From a virus (Duplodnaviria; Heunggongvirae; Uroviricota; Caudoviricetes): a stretch of 64,000 nt of DNA. Every line of letters begins with the position of its first letter. Within the stretch, counting starts at the first letter, position 1. Location: positions 13,665-77,664 of IMG/VR virus record IMGVR_UViG_3300024268_000043, one strand, 5' to 3'. Made by a program: the position numbers and the translations under genes. A model generated the notes under the pieces. That model did not search any database and had not been told where the DNA came from. It was given only the letters and a program-made list of their open reading frames with translations. Of the stretch, positions 1-10,451 are shown piece by piece.

Positions 1-213
1 AAACCCAAGAGACTTGCTGATGGGGTTATTAAATGGATAAAAATAAGGGCTACCGTAATTGGTAGTCCTTATTTTTTTGGCTATAATCACTCGCAATAAT
101 TATAACCTGCGTAAATATAAAAAATACATGGATATTTTTTATGTTTATATAATATCATATTTTGTTTTGCTATGCAAGAAAAAAACAAAAAATATAAGAG
201 CGACTATTCGCTC

Positions 214-2160
214 TTATAGATATCTCGATATCCATGTATTAATCTTAATAATGGTTTCGAATTGTGCATTAAGGTTACAGTATCTGTAGATAGTATCAAT
301 GTCAGTACATATATTGAAACCTCTCAGCATATCATCTTTGGACGCTATACAGATATATGGAGGATGATCCGCCTTGTGTCTTTTCTCTGTTTGTTTAACA
401 AAACCCTTTTCTATGAATTCATCTATTATAGGAACTATAGCATAATTAGCGATAGTATCATATTTACGAACTTCATTAAGAAGTTTTATTTTCCCAAAAC
501 TATTAACACTGGAAATATAATTTATGATAGTTCGTTTTATTCTATCTTCTTTTGACATTCTCATAATAGTTTGGTCCTCAAAAATATTTCCTAATTCTCC
601 ACGAAGTCGTACTTCAATATATTGGTCTTCATATACATATATTTTTTCAACTAAAGTTTCTAATTGTCGTTTACTTATTTTTGGCGAGTTGATAATTTCA
701 TCAAATAAACCTAATGCCGTTGTAAAGTTACGTTTTATATTACTTCTGTTTTTATCCATATTTTCATATTCATTAATTTGGGCCTGTAAATTATTAATTT
801 TATTTAACTTTTCTTTTCGAATTTCGTCATATGTCTGCGCAATCATTTCTGTCATTGTAGGGTCGCCCCCGGCATCTTTAATATCTCTAATTTTTTGTTG
901 CATTATAATTTTTAATTCTTCTTGTGCGTTTTTAATATTTTCTTTAATCATTTTTAGCTTTTTATCTTTGCCATTACTTTGCTTCAATTGCTCGTACATT
1001 ATACTATCTAATGATTCAATCATACTTTTCATTGCACTTCTGCATAATATTAGATAATCTTGCACAATTAAATCAAGTTCTTTTTTATTAATGCTGTGCG
1101 CGGAACAAGCAGACACACCTCTTTCTCTATATACTCTACAAGCATATGAAGTAATTCCCTCATCGTTATAATGAGCGACTGTTAAAGAGCTTTCGCAGTC
1201 TCCGCAGAATAATAATCCTCCGTACAAATTATCGTATTTTCTTGTGCCTTTGTATGCATTGCTCTCTCTTCTTCTTTCATTGATAGATTGTACTAAATTA
1301 AATAATTCAAGTGAAATTATCGGAGGATGTGCATTTTCAAAGACGTGTTGTTCTTCCTCTGAAAGATGCTTTTGATCGCCATGGATTCCATTTCTAATTG
1401 TTTTTCTTAATCTTAATGTTCCAATATAGAAATCATTTTGAATAATCCTTCTAATAGCATTTGTTTCCCATCCGTTTGCCACTTTTATTTTAGATACTAT
1501 TCCCTTTTCTTTCTTGCGGCGGTCAAGCAACATACTTGGAGTTGGTGCCCCCATTTCATTAAGTATTTTTGCAGTCTTTTTATATCCACCGCCATCTGCA
1601 TATGTTTCAAATATTTTTTTTACCCATATGGCAGCCTCTTCATCTATGTAATATTTTGTTTTTACATACGGATCTTTAATATATCCATAGGGAACGCTCA
1701 TTATAAGATTGCCATTCTCTTGCATATTTTTCATGGCATTACGTACTTTTTTACTTCCGTCTTTTACATATCTTTCATTATACCAAGTTTTAATTCCAAC
1801 AATATCATCGTCATCCACTTCGCTATCATAATTATCATCAATCATGATAATCCTAACACCATGTTTTCTAAGTCTTTCTAAAATAAGTAGAACGCCTGCA
1901 TTATGTCTTCCGAGTCTAGATAAGTCTTTAACTAAAAGTACATCAACTAAGTTTTCGTCAATTAGATGTTGTATCTCATTAAACGCAGGTCTATCCATGG
2001 TGTATCCAGTATATCCATCATCTTCATATATTTCATCTACAACAAGACCGTGTTCTTTTGCATATTTGTTAATAATATCTTTTTGGTTTTCAATTGACAC
2101 ATATTTTTTTCTTAGGTCGTCTTTTGATAGACGTGCATATCCTATTACCATTATAATCAC
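214..2160 (-). CDS. large serine recombinase (resolvase catalytic domain + recombinase domain + zinc ribbon)
   Basis: N-terminal GYARLSKDD resolvase motif with nucleophilic Ser; 648 aa with a C-terminal Cys-rich zinc ribbon and coiled coil typical of large serine integrases. Confidence 0.85.
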   Translation of the reverse strand: MIIMVIGYARLSKDDLRKKYVSIENQKDIINKYAKEHGLVVDEIYEDDGYTGYTMDRPAFNEIQHLIDENLVDVLLVKDLSRLGRHNAGVLLILERLRKHGVRIIMIDDNYDSEVDDDDIVGIKTWYNERYVKDGSKKVRNAMKNMQENGNLIMSVPYGYIKDPYVKTKYYIDEEAAIWVKKIFETYADGGGYKKTAKILNEMGAPTPSMLLDRRKKEKGIVSKIKVANGWETNAIRRIIQNDFYIGTLRLRKTIRNGIHGDQKHLSEEEQHVFENAHPPIISLELFNLVQSINERRRESNAYKGTRKYDNLYGGLLFCGDCESSLTVAHYNDEGITSYACRVYRERGVSACSAHSINKKELDLIVQDYLILCRSAMKSMIESLDSIMYEQLKQSNGKDKKLKMIKENIKNAQEELKIIMQQKIRDIKDAGGDPTMTEMIAQTYDEIRKEKLNKINNLQAQINEYENMDKNRSNIKRNFTTALGLFDEIINSPKISKRQLETLVEKIYVYEDQYIEVRLRGELGNIFEDQTIMRMSKEDRIKRTIINYISSVNSFGKIKLLNEVRKYDTIANYAIVPIIDEFIEKGFVKQTEKRHKADHPPYICIASKDDMLRGFNICTDIDTIYRYCNLNAQFETIIKINTWISRYL

Positions 2161-2362
2161 CTCTATTGGTAATTATAACATATCGTGTCACCTTGGTACA
2201 ATAAAATTCAATAAAACTTTTTTCATATTTTCATCCCCACTTCTTAAAAAAACCACTGTTTTAGTTGGATGTTGTGCTTTCAGATGATTCACTTCTTCTT
2301 TTGTGGTATCTTTATCTATTGGAATATAAACCATTCCCCTATCTACATACTTCATACTACGC

Positions 2363-2902
2363 CTACCTATCTGCTACAAAATATCCAAAGCAAGTGTAAT
2401 CAATCTGAGTATATGGCTTGTACCCTTCCCAATCAAAATGATGGCTGGTTCTAAAGTAAAGACAATACTCTGGTAGGGTTGAACCATTCTTTAACACATA
2501 ATCAACTGCCTCATAGTTGATTTCTGTTGGTGTTGTTTGATAAATTAAATTAGCAGGAGTAAATTGATAAGGTGCATACACAACCTTTAGTAGCGTCTGT
2601 CCCCATCTTCCATCTTGCCATCTGTTAATTACTACTGATGCCACGGCCATTTGACATTCAAGACTTTCCGTATTAGCTTCTAGATAAACCAATCTTGCTA
2701 GCATTTCTCTTTCCATTGATGTGATATTGTAGGCATATAGCGGTTCTTTTTCAACCTCAACGATTACTTCTTTTTCTACTTCTTTAATAACCTCTATCGT
2801 TTCAGCTTCTTTTGGTATGATTGCAATAATAATGCAAAGCAATACAATAATACTTATTAGTTTTATAATAATACAATAATAGGTTCGTTTTTGTTCTTCC
2901 AT
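2363..2902 (-). CDS. SleB/CwlJ-like cell-wall hydrolase with N-terminal TM anchor
   Basis: Hydrophobic N-terminus then a SleB-type Hydrolase_2 domain (MLARLVYLEA...VASVVINR...YAPYQF). Confidence 0.6.
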   Translation of the reverse strand: MEEQKRTYYCIIIKLISIIVLLCIIIAIIPKEAETIEVIKEVEKEVIVEVEKEPLYAYNITSMEREMLARLVYLEANTESLECQMAVASVVINRWQDGRWGQTLLKVVYAPYQFTPANLIYQTTPTEINYEAVDYVLKNGSTLPEYCLYFRTSHHFDWEGYKPYTQIDYTCFGYFVADR

Positions 2903-2963
2903 TTATACCACTCCTTAAAAATAAAAAGAGGTGATAAATAATACCACCTCTATGAAATTTTAA

Positions 2964-3638
2964 TTACTTGTTATTATTTAATGTCTCTACCGTTGCATAT
3001 GCGTTGGAAAGATTGAAATCTCCATCCAAAGCTATGGCTCCAGACTCGCCACAGTCTCCTGAGACGCCTCTTATAGAACTTGTCACACAGGACATTGTTG
3101 TGTACAAATCATTGACTCCCTTAGATGTGTATGTATAGCCAGTGGCGTAATCTCTCGAAATACCAATGCTTTCTGCTTCTTTTACAGCATCCATATTGGC
3201 ACCAAGGAACATAAATTTCCAGCCGTGGCCATTAGTCTGATGCTTAATCATCTTTTCAATCTGACTTTTAGTGTACTTACGACTAGAGTTCTCTTCGCCA
3301 TCCGTGGTGATTACAAAAAGCACCTCTTCGGGTTTCTCCGTGCCAAGCTCGTCATGTCTATCCTGCACGCGGTTGATAATTTCGCCAATAGCATCAAGCA
3401 TTGCTGTTCCGCCGCCCGCAACATAGTCTGAATTTGTCATAGACTTAATTTCGCGAAGATCTACACCATCGTGCAGAATTCTCCATGAAGTGTCGAATAA
3501 AACAGTAGTCAATGTGGCTTTTCCGTCAATAGCCTTTTGACTTTCAATAAATCCGTTGAAGCCACCAATAGTGTCTCCTGCTAAATGACTCATCGAACCC
3601 GACTTATCAATTACAAAAACAATTTCTGTATTTTTCAT
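2964..3638 (-). CDS. von Willebrand factor A (vWA) domain protein
   Basis: MIDAS motif VFVIDKSGSM near the N-terminus, conserved T and D downstream, about 220 aa. Confidence 0.65.
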   Translation of the reverse strand: MKNTEIVFVIDKSGSMSHLAGDTIGGFNGFIESQKAIDGKATLTTVLFDTSWRILHDGVDLREIKSMTNSDYVAGGGTAMLDAIGEIINRVQDRHDELGTEKPEEVLFVITTDGEENSSRKYTKSQIEKMIKHQTNGHGWKFMFLGANMDAVKEAESIGISRDYATGYTYTSKGVNDLYTTMSCVTSSIRGVSGDCGESGAIALDGDFNLSNAYATVETLNNNK

Positions 3639-3655
3639 TTTTATATTTCTCCTTA

Positions 3656-4087
3656 TTAGTTTGTTCCGGTAGACCCGAGTCCGCCTCTGTCCGTATTATT
3701 TTCTAATGACGATTCAGTAAATTTAATCTTAGGTTGATGTTCCATAATTCTAAACTGACAAATACGGTCGTTTGTATTAATAACAGTGTCTCTTAAAGCA
3801 TACGCAGGGAAGAACCACTGGTCATTTGGTCCAGAGTATGATTCATCTATAATGCCTTGAGAATTGGTCTGAATAATACCAAAATTTTTAAAGGTAGAAC
3901 TTCTCGGTACGACGTGCGCTTCATAACCTTCTGGTAATTGCATTGCAATCCCAAGCGGGATGAGCTTAAATTCTCCGGCCTTAAGCTCTACTGTTTCCGC
4001 TGCTCTAAGATCAATCCAATCAGACTTGCCGTCTATATAACGGAGCTTATCAATCTTGTCGGTAAAATATTTGATTTTAATTTCCAT
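3656..4087 (-). CDS. dut: dUTP pyrophosphatase
   Basis: dUTPase motifs ([18 protein letters not shown]-terminal RGGLGSTG). Confidence 0.85.
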   Translation of the reverse strand: MEIKIKYFTDKIDKLRYIDGKSDWIDLRAAETVELKAGEFKLIPLGIAMQLPEGYEAHVVPRSSTFKNFGIIQTNSQGIIDESYSGPNDQWFFPAYALRDTVINTNDRICQFRIMEHQPKIKFTESSLENNTDRGGLGSTGTN

Positions 4088-4099
4088 ATCTACTCCTCA

Positions 4100-4402
4100 T
4101 TACCAAACCCAATTCCAAAACTTAGAACTGAAAAGCGGATTTATATCATCGTCATCTGATGTATATGAGTAAATGCCATAGTCGTGCATATATGCCTTAA
4201 CAAGCTCTCTGCACTTTTCGATAGCGTTATCCACTTCCTTCTTACGAGCTTCCTTTTCCGCGTCGAGCTTAGCTTTCTTGGCCATTTCCTCTTCAATTTT
4301 CTTCTTTTCCTCGCAGTCTAAAATACAACGAGCAAGACCGCCAGGTGTTTCGTGCGCCCCCTTACAATAAGGGCATATGTATAATGCATGTTTATTTCCC
4401 AT
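4100..4402 (-). CDS. hypothetical protein with CxxC...C zinc-ribbon and lysine/glutamate-rich coiled coil
   Basis: ORF preceded by the ACAAAATGATTA leader motif and AAAGGAG RBS. Confidence 0.45.
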   Translation of the reverse strand: MGNKHALYICPYCKGAHETPGGLARCILDCEEKKKIEEEMAKKAKLDAEKEARKKEVDNAIEKCRELVKAYMHDYGIYSYTSDDDDINPLFSSKFWNWVW

Positions 4403-4435
4403 AATTAAATCTCCTTTTAATCATTTTGTATTGTT

Positions 4436-4648
4436 TTAATCTTCTACTTTGATAATTTTGTATTTGCCACAGTTACATTCGGTTTCTTCACCTCTTGCGA
4501 GAGCTTCTCTAAACACCTTGCAGCAACACTTTGTGTCCTCATTCCACTCAAGCGCACAAGGGCAATAGCCTTTTGTCTCTTGGAGTTGTCTATTTACCTC
4601 GGCAATTAACTCTCGATCGTCGCCAAGTACAATTTTATATTTAACCAT
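4436..4648 (-). CDS. small Cys-rich protein, ferredoxin-thioredoxin-reductase-catalytic-subunit-like
   Basis: CPC...CCC...CNC cysteine spacing reminiscent of FTR catalytic chain; sits next to nrdG/nrdD. Confidence 0.35.
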   Translation of the reverse strand: MVKYKIVLGDDRELIAEVNRQLQETKGYCPCALEWNEDTKCCCKVFREALARGEETECNCGKYKIIKVED

Positions 4649-5126
4649 TATGATATCCTTTCTGGAATCTATATGTTATATCATTCCATTTGCCACATTT
4701 CCAATCCCACGCAAGCATTTTTTGATTGGTGTTTGGGTTATCAAGACCACCATAAGTTACATCGTAATGTCCCAGTTTGCAATAGTCTAAATTACCCAAT
4801 ATACGAATATGCAAGTCGCTCATAAAATCACAGCCTGTATATAAAGCTGTTTTTAGTCCGTAATTATGAACAAGTATTAATAAGTCAGTTAGTTCTTTTT
4901 GATTCTGATCTCCGCCCATAAAACACACGCAAGTGATTAGTTCTTTATATTTTTCAATTAAGTCTTTTAAATCATCGGATACATAATGTCCGTCATATTC
5001 CCATAGATACTTGCTGTGGCAACCCTCACATTTGTGAGGGCAACCACTAATATTAATTGCAAGAGTTACTTCGTCTGGGACTTCTTGGAATACAATGCTA
5101 TATCCCAGATATTTTAACTTATTCAT
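4641..5126 (-). CDS. nrdG: anaerobic ribonucleotide reductase activating protein (radical SAM)
   Basis: CPHKCEGC = CxxxCxxC radical-SAM cluster; about 160 aa; immediately downstream of nrdD. Confidence 0.8.
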   Translation of the reverse strand: MNKLKYLGYSIVFQEVPDEVTLAINISGCPHKCEGCHSKYLWEYDGHYVSDDLKDLIEKYKELITCVCFMGGDQNQKELTDLLILVHNYGLKTALYTGCDFMSDLHIRILGNLDYCKLGHYDVTYGGLDNPNTNQKMLAWDWKCGKWNDITYRFQKGYHNG

Positions 5127-6942
5127 AATATCTCTTTTTCTCTTCCTTCTGTCTTGCCTCAGAGAATGCAGACACTCTCTTAAGATAGCCGATGATTCTC
5201 GTTAGGTAATCAATGTTTGTGCTTCCACACTTTTCACAATGATCTAAACGGTGCTTACTAATATGTCCGCATTCATTACAGATTGTGTTGGGGATATTGA
5301 AGGTGAAGTAAGAACATCCGGTCTTAATTGCATCATTCATCAGCACTTTATACTGTTCCTTTGTAAGATGCTCATTAAGGTTTGCATGGAGCGCACTACC
5401 ACCATCGAGATACTTTGTAAGCTTTTCTCCGTGAAGAATGAACTTATCTACTACGTTTGTTCCTTCATCTTCGACAATATAGAAATAACTATTATAGCAA
5501 TCACGGGGAACGAAGTATCCGTCTTCTCTGTCCCACTTGGCATTCTTTACGCCCAGATTTTCAGCAGGGACGAATTCCGTATTAAACATCAATTCGTCAG
5601 TTCTCTCTGCTTTGTTGAGTTCATAGATGGGCTTAAGAATTTTTTCACAATAATTGAAATACTCATCATTGGGCGTAATCGGAATACCTAAAAACTCAGC
5701 ACCCTCTACAAATCCATTTACGCCAATCGTTACAAACTGCTTGTCAAGAGATATGTATCCGGCATCGTACACAGGAAGGAGTCTTGCGTTGAAATTGTCC
5801 TTCATAATCTCATTAAATGCCTTAAGGTAACAATGCACTTTCTTAATCTGTTCGGTTACCGCCTCAGAAATGTCTCTGTTGGACTTTGTTGCGTCCTGTA
5901 CAAGCCTATTAATGTTAATAGTAATAACTCCCTTAGAACCAGTAGATACACCACCAGCACCAAGAGTAAATGAGAAAGTGTTATCCTGAAGCTCATTACG
6001 AAGTCTACAACAACTTGCAAGAGAATCTACGCTTCCGCTTCTATATGTAAAGAACGAATGTCCTTCTGAGTACATTTCGGCCGCAAAGTCGAACCATTCG
6101 TTATCAACATATGACTTGCCATCATCAAGAAGATTTACGGTCTCTACGGGGAAGGTCAGAGGCTTTCTAAGTCTCTCTGCATTGAACCACTTCATAAATC
6201 TCTTCTGAAGCCAGTTCACGCTTTTCCACTGAGGCTCAGTATCATCGGGGAAAATAAATTCGTGGAAGATTCCATCAAAATAATTCTTATCGAAATATGC
6301 AATATTCCAGAATACTGCCTGATATCCTCTTGCCGCAGCAGGCTGATTGATAGAATACACTACCTGTCCAAACTTATCAGTGATTACTTTGTCGATAGTT
6401 TTAGGTTTATTGCTCATAGTAACAACCTTATCTGCATTAAGATAATAGTCGTCGCCATATTCCTTTCTAATAAAGTAATCAAGATATGTCAAAAACTCAG
6501 GTGTCGATACTGCTCCGGCAAACTGTGACGCAATGGCAAACACCAAGTTGATGAATGACCCACAGAATGAATCAAGATTCTGTGGAGCCTCAGAAAGTCC
6601 ACCAATAGATTTAAGTCCTTCAAACAAGAATGGATACATAGTAATACTTACGCAATAAGGCATTACTGAAGTTTCGTCGTGCTTGTAAATCTCGTGAGAT
6701 TCAAGCTGTCTGATATACTCATCTGCCATATCCTCGCCAAACATTTCGGAAATCTTATTCCACATAAGCAATCTGTTTGTTCCAATTAGGTCTCTCTTGG
6801 GTAACTCTCCCTGCATTGTTGCAATGTTCTTATTTTCAACATTGGCATTTGCGTCTACTTCACTACCACTTGATGCATTGCTTGCCTTCTTATACTTATT
6901 AATAAAATTTACATATTTTGAATAACTACTATACTTAGCCAT
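5119..6942 (-). CDS. nrdD: anaerobic ribonucleoside-triphosphate reductase
   Basis: 607 aa; C-terminal zinc ribbon (CNECGH...CEKCGS) followed by the glycyl-radical motif RIIGYL. Confidence 0.9.
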   Translation of the reverse strand: MAKYSSYSKYVNFINKYKKASNASSGSEVDANANVENKNIATMQGELPKRDLIGTNRLLMWNKISEMFGEDMADEYIRQLESHEIYKHDETSVMPYCVSITMYPFLFEGLKSIGGLSEAPQNLDSFCGSFINLVFAIASQFAGAVSTPEFLTYLDYFIRKEYGDDYYLNADKVVTMSNKPKTIDKVITDKFGQVVYSINQPAAARGYQAVFWNIAYFDKNYFDGIFHEFIFPDDTEPQWKSVNWLQKRFMKWFNAERLRKPLTFPVETVNLLDDGKSYVDNEWFDFAAEMYSEGHSFFTYRSGSVDSLASCCRLRNELQDNTFSFTLGAGGVSTGSKGVITININRLVQDATKSNRDISEAVTEQIKKVHCYLKAFNEIMKDNFNARLLPVYDAGYISLDKQFVTIGVNGFVEGAEFLGIPITPNDEYFNYCEKILKPIYELNKAERTDELMFNTEFVPAENLGVKNAKWDREDGYFVPRDCYNSYFYIVEDEGTNVVDKFILHGEKLTKYLDGGSALHANLNEHLTKEQYKVLMNDAIKTGCSYFTFNIPNTICNECGHISKHRLDHCEKCGSTNIDYLTRIIGYLKRVSAFSEARQKEEKKRYYE

Positions 6943-7147
6943 TTGACTGCTCCTTTATCCAATCTGCTGCTTCTTTAAATCCCATGACAATACCCTCAAC
7001 TTCAAGTTTAGGCGCCTCGTTAAAACCTTTGGCTTTCATAGCCTCAAGATCATTCACTGTCTCATATTGAATGCCGCTCTTGTCGAGTTTCATCTTAAGC
7101 ACCTTGCATTTCGGACATCCATGCTCATACAAAATTACTTTTCCCAT
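6935..7147 (-). CDS. nrdH: NrdH-like glutaredoxin
   Basis: 70 aa, CPKC redox motif; overlaps the nrdD start by a few nt, consistent with translational coupling. Confidence 0.75.
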   Translation of the reverse strand: MGKVILYEHGCPKCKVLKMKLDKSGIQYETVNDLEAMKAKGFNEAPKLEVEGIVMGFKEAADWIKEQSNG

Positions 7148-7704
7148 TCTCTCTCTTTCCTTTCAATTATATTTATTACATTATTTATCTCACCCCAATT
7201 ACGGATACGATATATACTATAAACATAGTCCATGTCTTTATCCACATTCCAAGGCTGATTAAAACATATTCTATCTGCAAATGTGCTTTTCAGATTATCG
7301 AGTTTATCTTCTACTAACACATCTACATTAAGTAACGCCTTATTATGAATACGAATTAGATTCTTCTTTGGAATAAACGGAAAGTGCTTCTTAAGCAATT
7401 CTTCCTTCCATTCCATATTTCTCACATCAGTTGCTGTTGCAATATACACTTCGTGTCCTTGCTCAACAAGAGTTTTAACCGCCCTAATTGCACCTTTATA
7501 AGGTTGTAAAGAAGAATACACATCCTTCTCTATGAAAAGTTCTATTAACTCGTCTGCAACATCTGACTCAAAACTATCTGACAAGTTATATGTGACAATC
7601 TGCGATAATTCAAAATTTGTGCCGTGACGTTTGTTATAGATCTCAAGAACTTTTTCTAGTGTTGGAAACAGTGTTTCGTCAAAGTCGATTGCTATCTTTT
7701 TCAT
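7135..7704 (-). CDS. 5'(3')-deoxyribonucleotidase (HAD superfamily, NT5C-like)
   Basis: N-terminal DFDETL HAD motif I; about 190 aa, as in phage NT5C-type enzymes. Confidence 0.6.
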   Translation of the reverse strand: MKKIAIDFDETLFPTLEKVLEIYNKRHGTNFELSQIVTYNLSDSFESDVADELIELFIEKDVYSSLQPYKGAIRAVKTLVEQGHEVYIATATDVRNMEWKEELLKKHFPFIPKKNLIRIHNKALLNVDVLVEDKLDNLKSTFADRICFNQPWNVDKDMDYVYSIYRIRNWGEINNVINIIERKEREWEK

Positions 7705-8294
7705 TTTGTTTCCTCCCCGAGATTATTCTTCCATACGCCTTCAACTGTTGCCACCCAACGAAGAACAGAGTATGCTTTTGCTGCATCTATATTAGATATT
7801 GCATAATCAAAATCTGCATTTCTTAACATAACGCGAAATTGGTCTCTCTCTGCCATATCCCTCTTCATAAATACAAGTCTATCATCGCCGCGCTTGTTAA
7901 GTGCTCGTTCTTTGCGAACATCATCTGGCGTGTTGATGAAAATAGTTACAAGACGAAGATTGGGCAGATTTAATTCTCGGAGAGTCTCAATCCCTTTGTA
8001 ATCTATAATATACACTGAGTGTTCATATAACTGCTCGATAGTGGTCCAATAGATGTTTCCAGCAATCTCGGTATATGCCGCAACATTACCATCCGCCTGC
8101 ATTTGCTCATAAGCTTCTTTAGTAGAGAAGATGTGCGTGTCACCCTCATTATTTCTACGAGGACGTGTAGTATATGATGTTATTGCAGTTAAACCTGTAC
8201 GCTCACACAACTTATTAACAAGAGTATCTTTGCCACAGGATGTGCGTCCGAGGATACAAAGTAATACGTGTTCTTTATTCATCACTATCACCAC
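7701..8294 (-). CDS. P-loop nucleoside-monophosphate kinase (guanylate-kinase-like / dNMP kinase)
   Basis: Walker A GRTSCGKDT plus TTRPRR motif characteristic of guanylate kinase family. Confidence 0.5.
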   Translation of the reverse strand: MVIVMNKEHVLLCILGRTSCGKDTLVNKLCERTGLTAITSYTTRPRRNNEGDTHIFSTKEAYEQMQADGNVAAYTEIAGNIYWTTIEQLYEHSVYIIDYKGIETLRELNLPNLRLVTIFINTPDDVRKERALNKRGDDRLVFMKRDMAERDQFRVMLRNADFDYAISNIDAAKAYSVLRWVATVEGVWKNNLGEETK

Positions 8295-8832
8295 CCTGAT
8301 ATTTCTTGTTTAACCCACAACAATTGAATTCTGTACATATACCATTTCTATATCCACATAGGGGTACAAGCACATCATTAAGCTCTGGATTTGTTTCAAC
8401 CACCTGTCTAACAATTTCTTGCATAACCTTACGAGTGTATGGATCTGCTTGCCCACACAATCTCTTATGTGCCATAAATACCAGCTCTTGAGCGTTTACA
8501 GACATAATATGGGCGACCATTGCGTCTTGCGGAGCTTTGGTTCTATCGTAATTATCTTGTCTGTCATTACGCTGAGACTGCACATAATGATTAACTCCGA
8601 TGTGATGACGCACAAAATGTACCGACACATATGAGGGTATCGTCATTTTGATGCCAAACCATAGTTCTCTAAGAGGGCTATGCTCCGCCTGAATAAGTTT
8701 CTTCTTCCATTCGTCTGTTGGTAGCTTTGCACTAACTTTACCGACGGTATTTAATGTGCAGGTTTTACACCACATCCAATCCTCTTCTTTAGGGTATTTT
8801 AAAATTTCAACTTTAAAATCCATTTGTTTCAC
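8275..8832 (-). CDS. ThyX-like flavin-dependent thymidylate synthase (short)
   Basis: RHHIG...SQRNDR resembles the ThyX RHRx7-8S signature; nucleotide-metabolism neighbourhood. Confidence 0.45.
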   Translation of the reverse strand: MKQMDFKVEILKYPKEEDWMWCKTCTLNTVGKVSAKLPTDEWKKKLIQAEHSPLRELWFGIKMTIPSYVSVHFVRHHIGVNHYVQSQRNDRQDNYDRTKAPQDAMVAHIMSVNAQELVFMAHKRLCGQADPYTRKVMQEIVRQVVETNPELNDVLVPLCGYRNGICTEFNCCGLNKKYQGGDSDE

Positions 8833-8833
8833 C

Positions 8834-8986
8834 TCAAAGCTCTATTTTAGTCACGCCGCAGTGTTCTAATGCACACTCAAGACAACAAAATACTTCGCCG
8901 TCGTCATTTACGTAATATTCTTCGCCTTCGTCCGTAACAGGGTCACCGCAATTTTCGCAGTATCCGAAAGTTCTAACTTCATCCAT
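8834..8986 (-). CDS. small zinc-ribbon protein (start moved to internal Met)
   Basis: Track ORF 8834..9100 overlaps the upstream gene by about 120 nt; the internal start MDEVRTF... lies just after the upstream stop; CxxC...CxxC. Confidence 0.35.
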   Translation of the reverse strand: MDEVRTFGYCENCGDPVTDEGEEYYVNDDGEVFCCLECALEHCGVTKIEL

Positions 8987-9317
8987 TGTTCTGTTCTCCT
9001 TCCTGTTCAAACTTTTCTTTTTCAAACAAGATGCCATTCTTTGCCGGTCTTGTGATAACATCCTGCGGAAGAAGTCTCTGTCCTCTTGGTATTTCTTCAT
9101 ATGCTTCTGACATTACGTCATCGAATTGGGATTTATTGAGTACACAAATAACTTTATCATCATAAAATGGAGCACAACCCAACATTTCATGATCGAAATG
9201 ATTAAAGTTATATCTTCTCTTGCGAATTCTCTCTATAAGAGCTTTTCTTCTTTCCTTCGTAAAAGGCACGACAGAATATTGTGTCGTATATGCATCAGTC
9301 CAGCCTATCACTGTCAT
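8979..9317 (-). CDS. hypothetical protein
   Basis: Start overlaps the stop of the upstream HD-domain gene (ATGA-type coupling). Confidence 0.4.
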   Translation of the reverse strand: MTVIGWTDAYTTQYSVVPFTKERRKALIERIRKRRYNFNHFDHEMLGCAPFYDDKVICVLNKSQFDDVMSEAYEEIPRGQRLLPQDVITRPAKNGILFEKEKFEQEGEQNNG

Positions 9318-10117
9318 ATTTCGTCCTCCTCTTCAAAATATTTCTTAATCATAGTAAGTAATGGCTCTCTAGTTAAATTCTCCTGGGCCCAAACAAGCCA
9401 ACCTCTATCTACGACAGCAATCTCGGTGATAGTCTTGCCGCTATGTTTGCCAAAATTCAACTTATATTCATTGATGTCGGGCAACTTTGGTTTACTATCT
9501 TCGCCTTCAAACAGAATGTGAATATCACCACGGCTTGCAATATAATCGCTGAGGTGCACGAGCTCCTGTACGAGCGTCTGAGGAGAAGGTAATACTACCT
9601 TACTTCTCTTGCTTGTAGTCCATTCGCCACTGTGACTAGCAACGGCATCACCAATGATAACTCTAATTTCATCACTGACAATTCCATTGAGTCTTTCATC
9701 AGTCTTGACAAATTCTGCAGCGAGTACTGGATGCTGATGCACTGAGAAACCAGTCTTATTCTCCCAATCGTGTTTCAGACAATCGTGTAACAGTGCAGCA
9801 CAAATTACACAGTCCTTCTCGACCTCATTTAACTTGCTTTTATACTGCTGTAAGTTAACAAGATAATTTGCAACCTTGGCGACGGATCTAGTGTGATACA
9901 CTAGACCGCCAAAGCCACATTCAAGGCCGCTATGAAACTTACCAGAAGAGGACGCCGGAACCTCAAAGAAGTAATCGGGCACAAGCGTTATTGCCTTTTT
10001 GAAGAAATCTTTAATGTTTTCGATCTCCATATAATCGATTTCTTTTTCAAACAGAGAAATCTTCTCTTTATTAGTCATTAGCAACTTCCTCCGAGGCATT
10101 GTTCTCTGTTGAATCAT
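9314..10117 (-). CDS. HD-domain phosphohydrolase
   Basis: H...HD...D metal-binding pattern (HTRSV...LLHDCLKHD); ends in the acidic tail EEEDEI. Confidence 0.55.
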   Translation of the reverse strand: MIQQRTMPRRKLLMTNKEKISLFEKEIDYMEIENIKDFFKKAITLVPDYFFEVPASSSGKFHSGLECGFGGLVYHTRSVAKVANYLVNLQQYKSKLNEVEKDCVICAALLHDCLKHDWENKTGFSVHQHPVLAAEFVKTDERLNGIVSDEIRVIIGDAVASHSGEWTTSKRSKVVLPSPQTLVQELVHLSDYIASRGDIHILFEGEDSKPKLPDINEYKLNFGKHSGKTITEIAVVDRGWLVWAQENLTREPLLTMIKKYFEEEDEI

Positions 10118-10376
10118 TTTGTTTTGTAAGCTGTACTAAGAGCATCTTCTTAATATCCGCAATACAACGTTCATAGTCTCGCAAACTAATTTTGCCCGGC
10201 TTTTCAAGATGCTTCTTGAATTTGCCCATTACCCCTGCGGCTATAAACTGAGCTCCAATTTTCATACCGTCTGTGCGAGTACTTTCGAACCAGCCTTCGA
10301 TAACCTTACGCAGACTCTCTTCATCTGCACTCTTGATTTCGTCAATAACCGCAGACATATTTGTCGTTTCTTCCAT
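10071..10376 (-). CDS. hypothetical protein
   Basis: Preceded by a sigma70-like promoter, leader motif and RBS. Confidence 0.4.
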   Translation of the reverse strand: MEETTNMSAVIDEIKSADEESLRKVIEGWFESTRTDGMKIGAQFIAAGVMGKFKKHLEKPGKISLRDYERCIADIKKMLLVQLTKQNDSTENNASEEVAND

Positions 10377-10423
10377 ATTACAATCCTTTCCAAATTATTG
10401 TACAATCATTTTGTACTGTAATT

Positions 10424-10451
10424 ATTATATCACTTTTATTTCGGTTGTCAA
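10424..10451 (-). promoter_or_regulatory. sigma70-type promoter (TTGACA-16-TATAAT) with upstream TTGTAAA direct repeat
   Basis: Minus-strand TTGACAACCGAAATAAAAGTGATATAAT; repeat AATTGTAAATAAATTGTAAAC about 15 nt upstream of -35; leader motif about 9 nt downstream of -10. Confidence 0.6.

Noticed and set aside
8834-9100. 88-aa form of the zinc-ribbon ORF
   Set aside because: It would overlap the upstream gene by about 120 nt. The internal Met just after the upstream stop gives a compact 50-aa product, but the longer form cannot be excluded.
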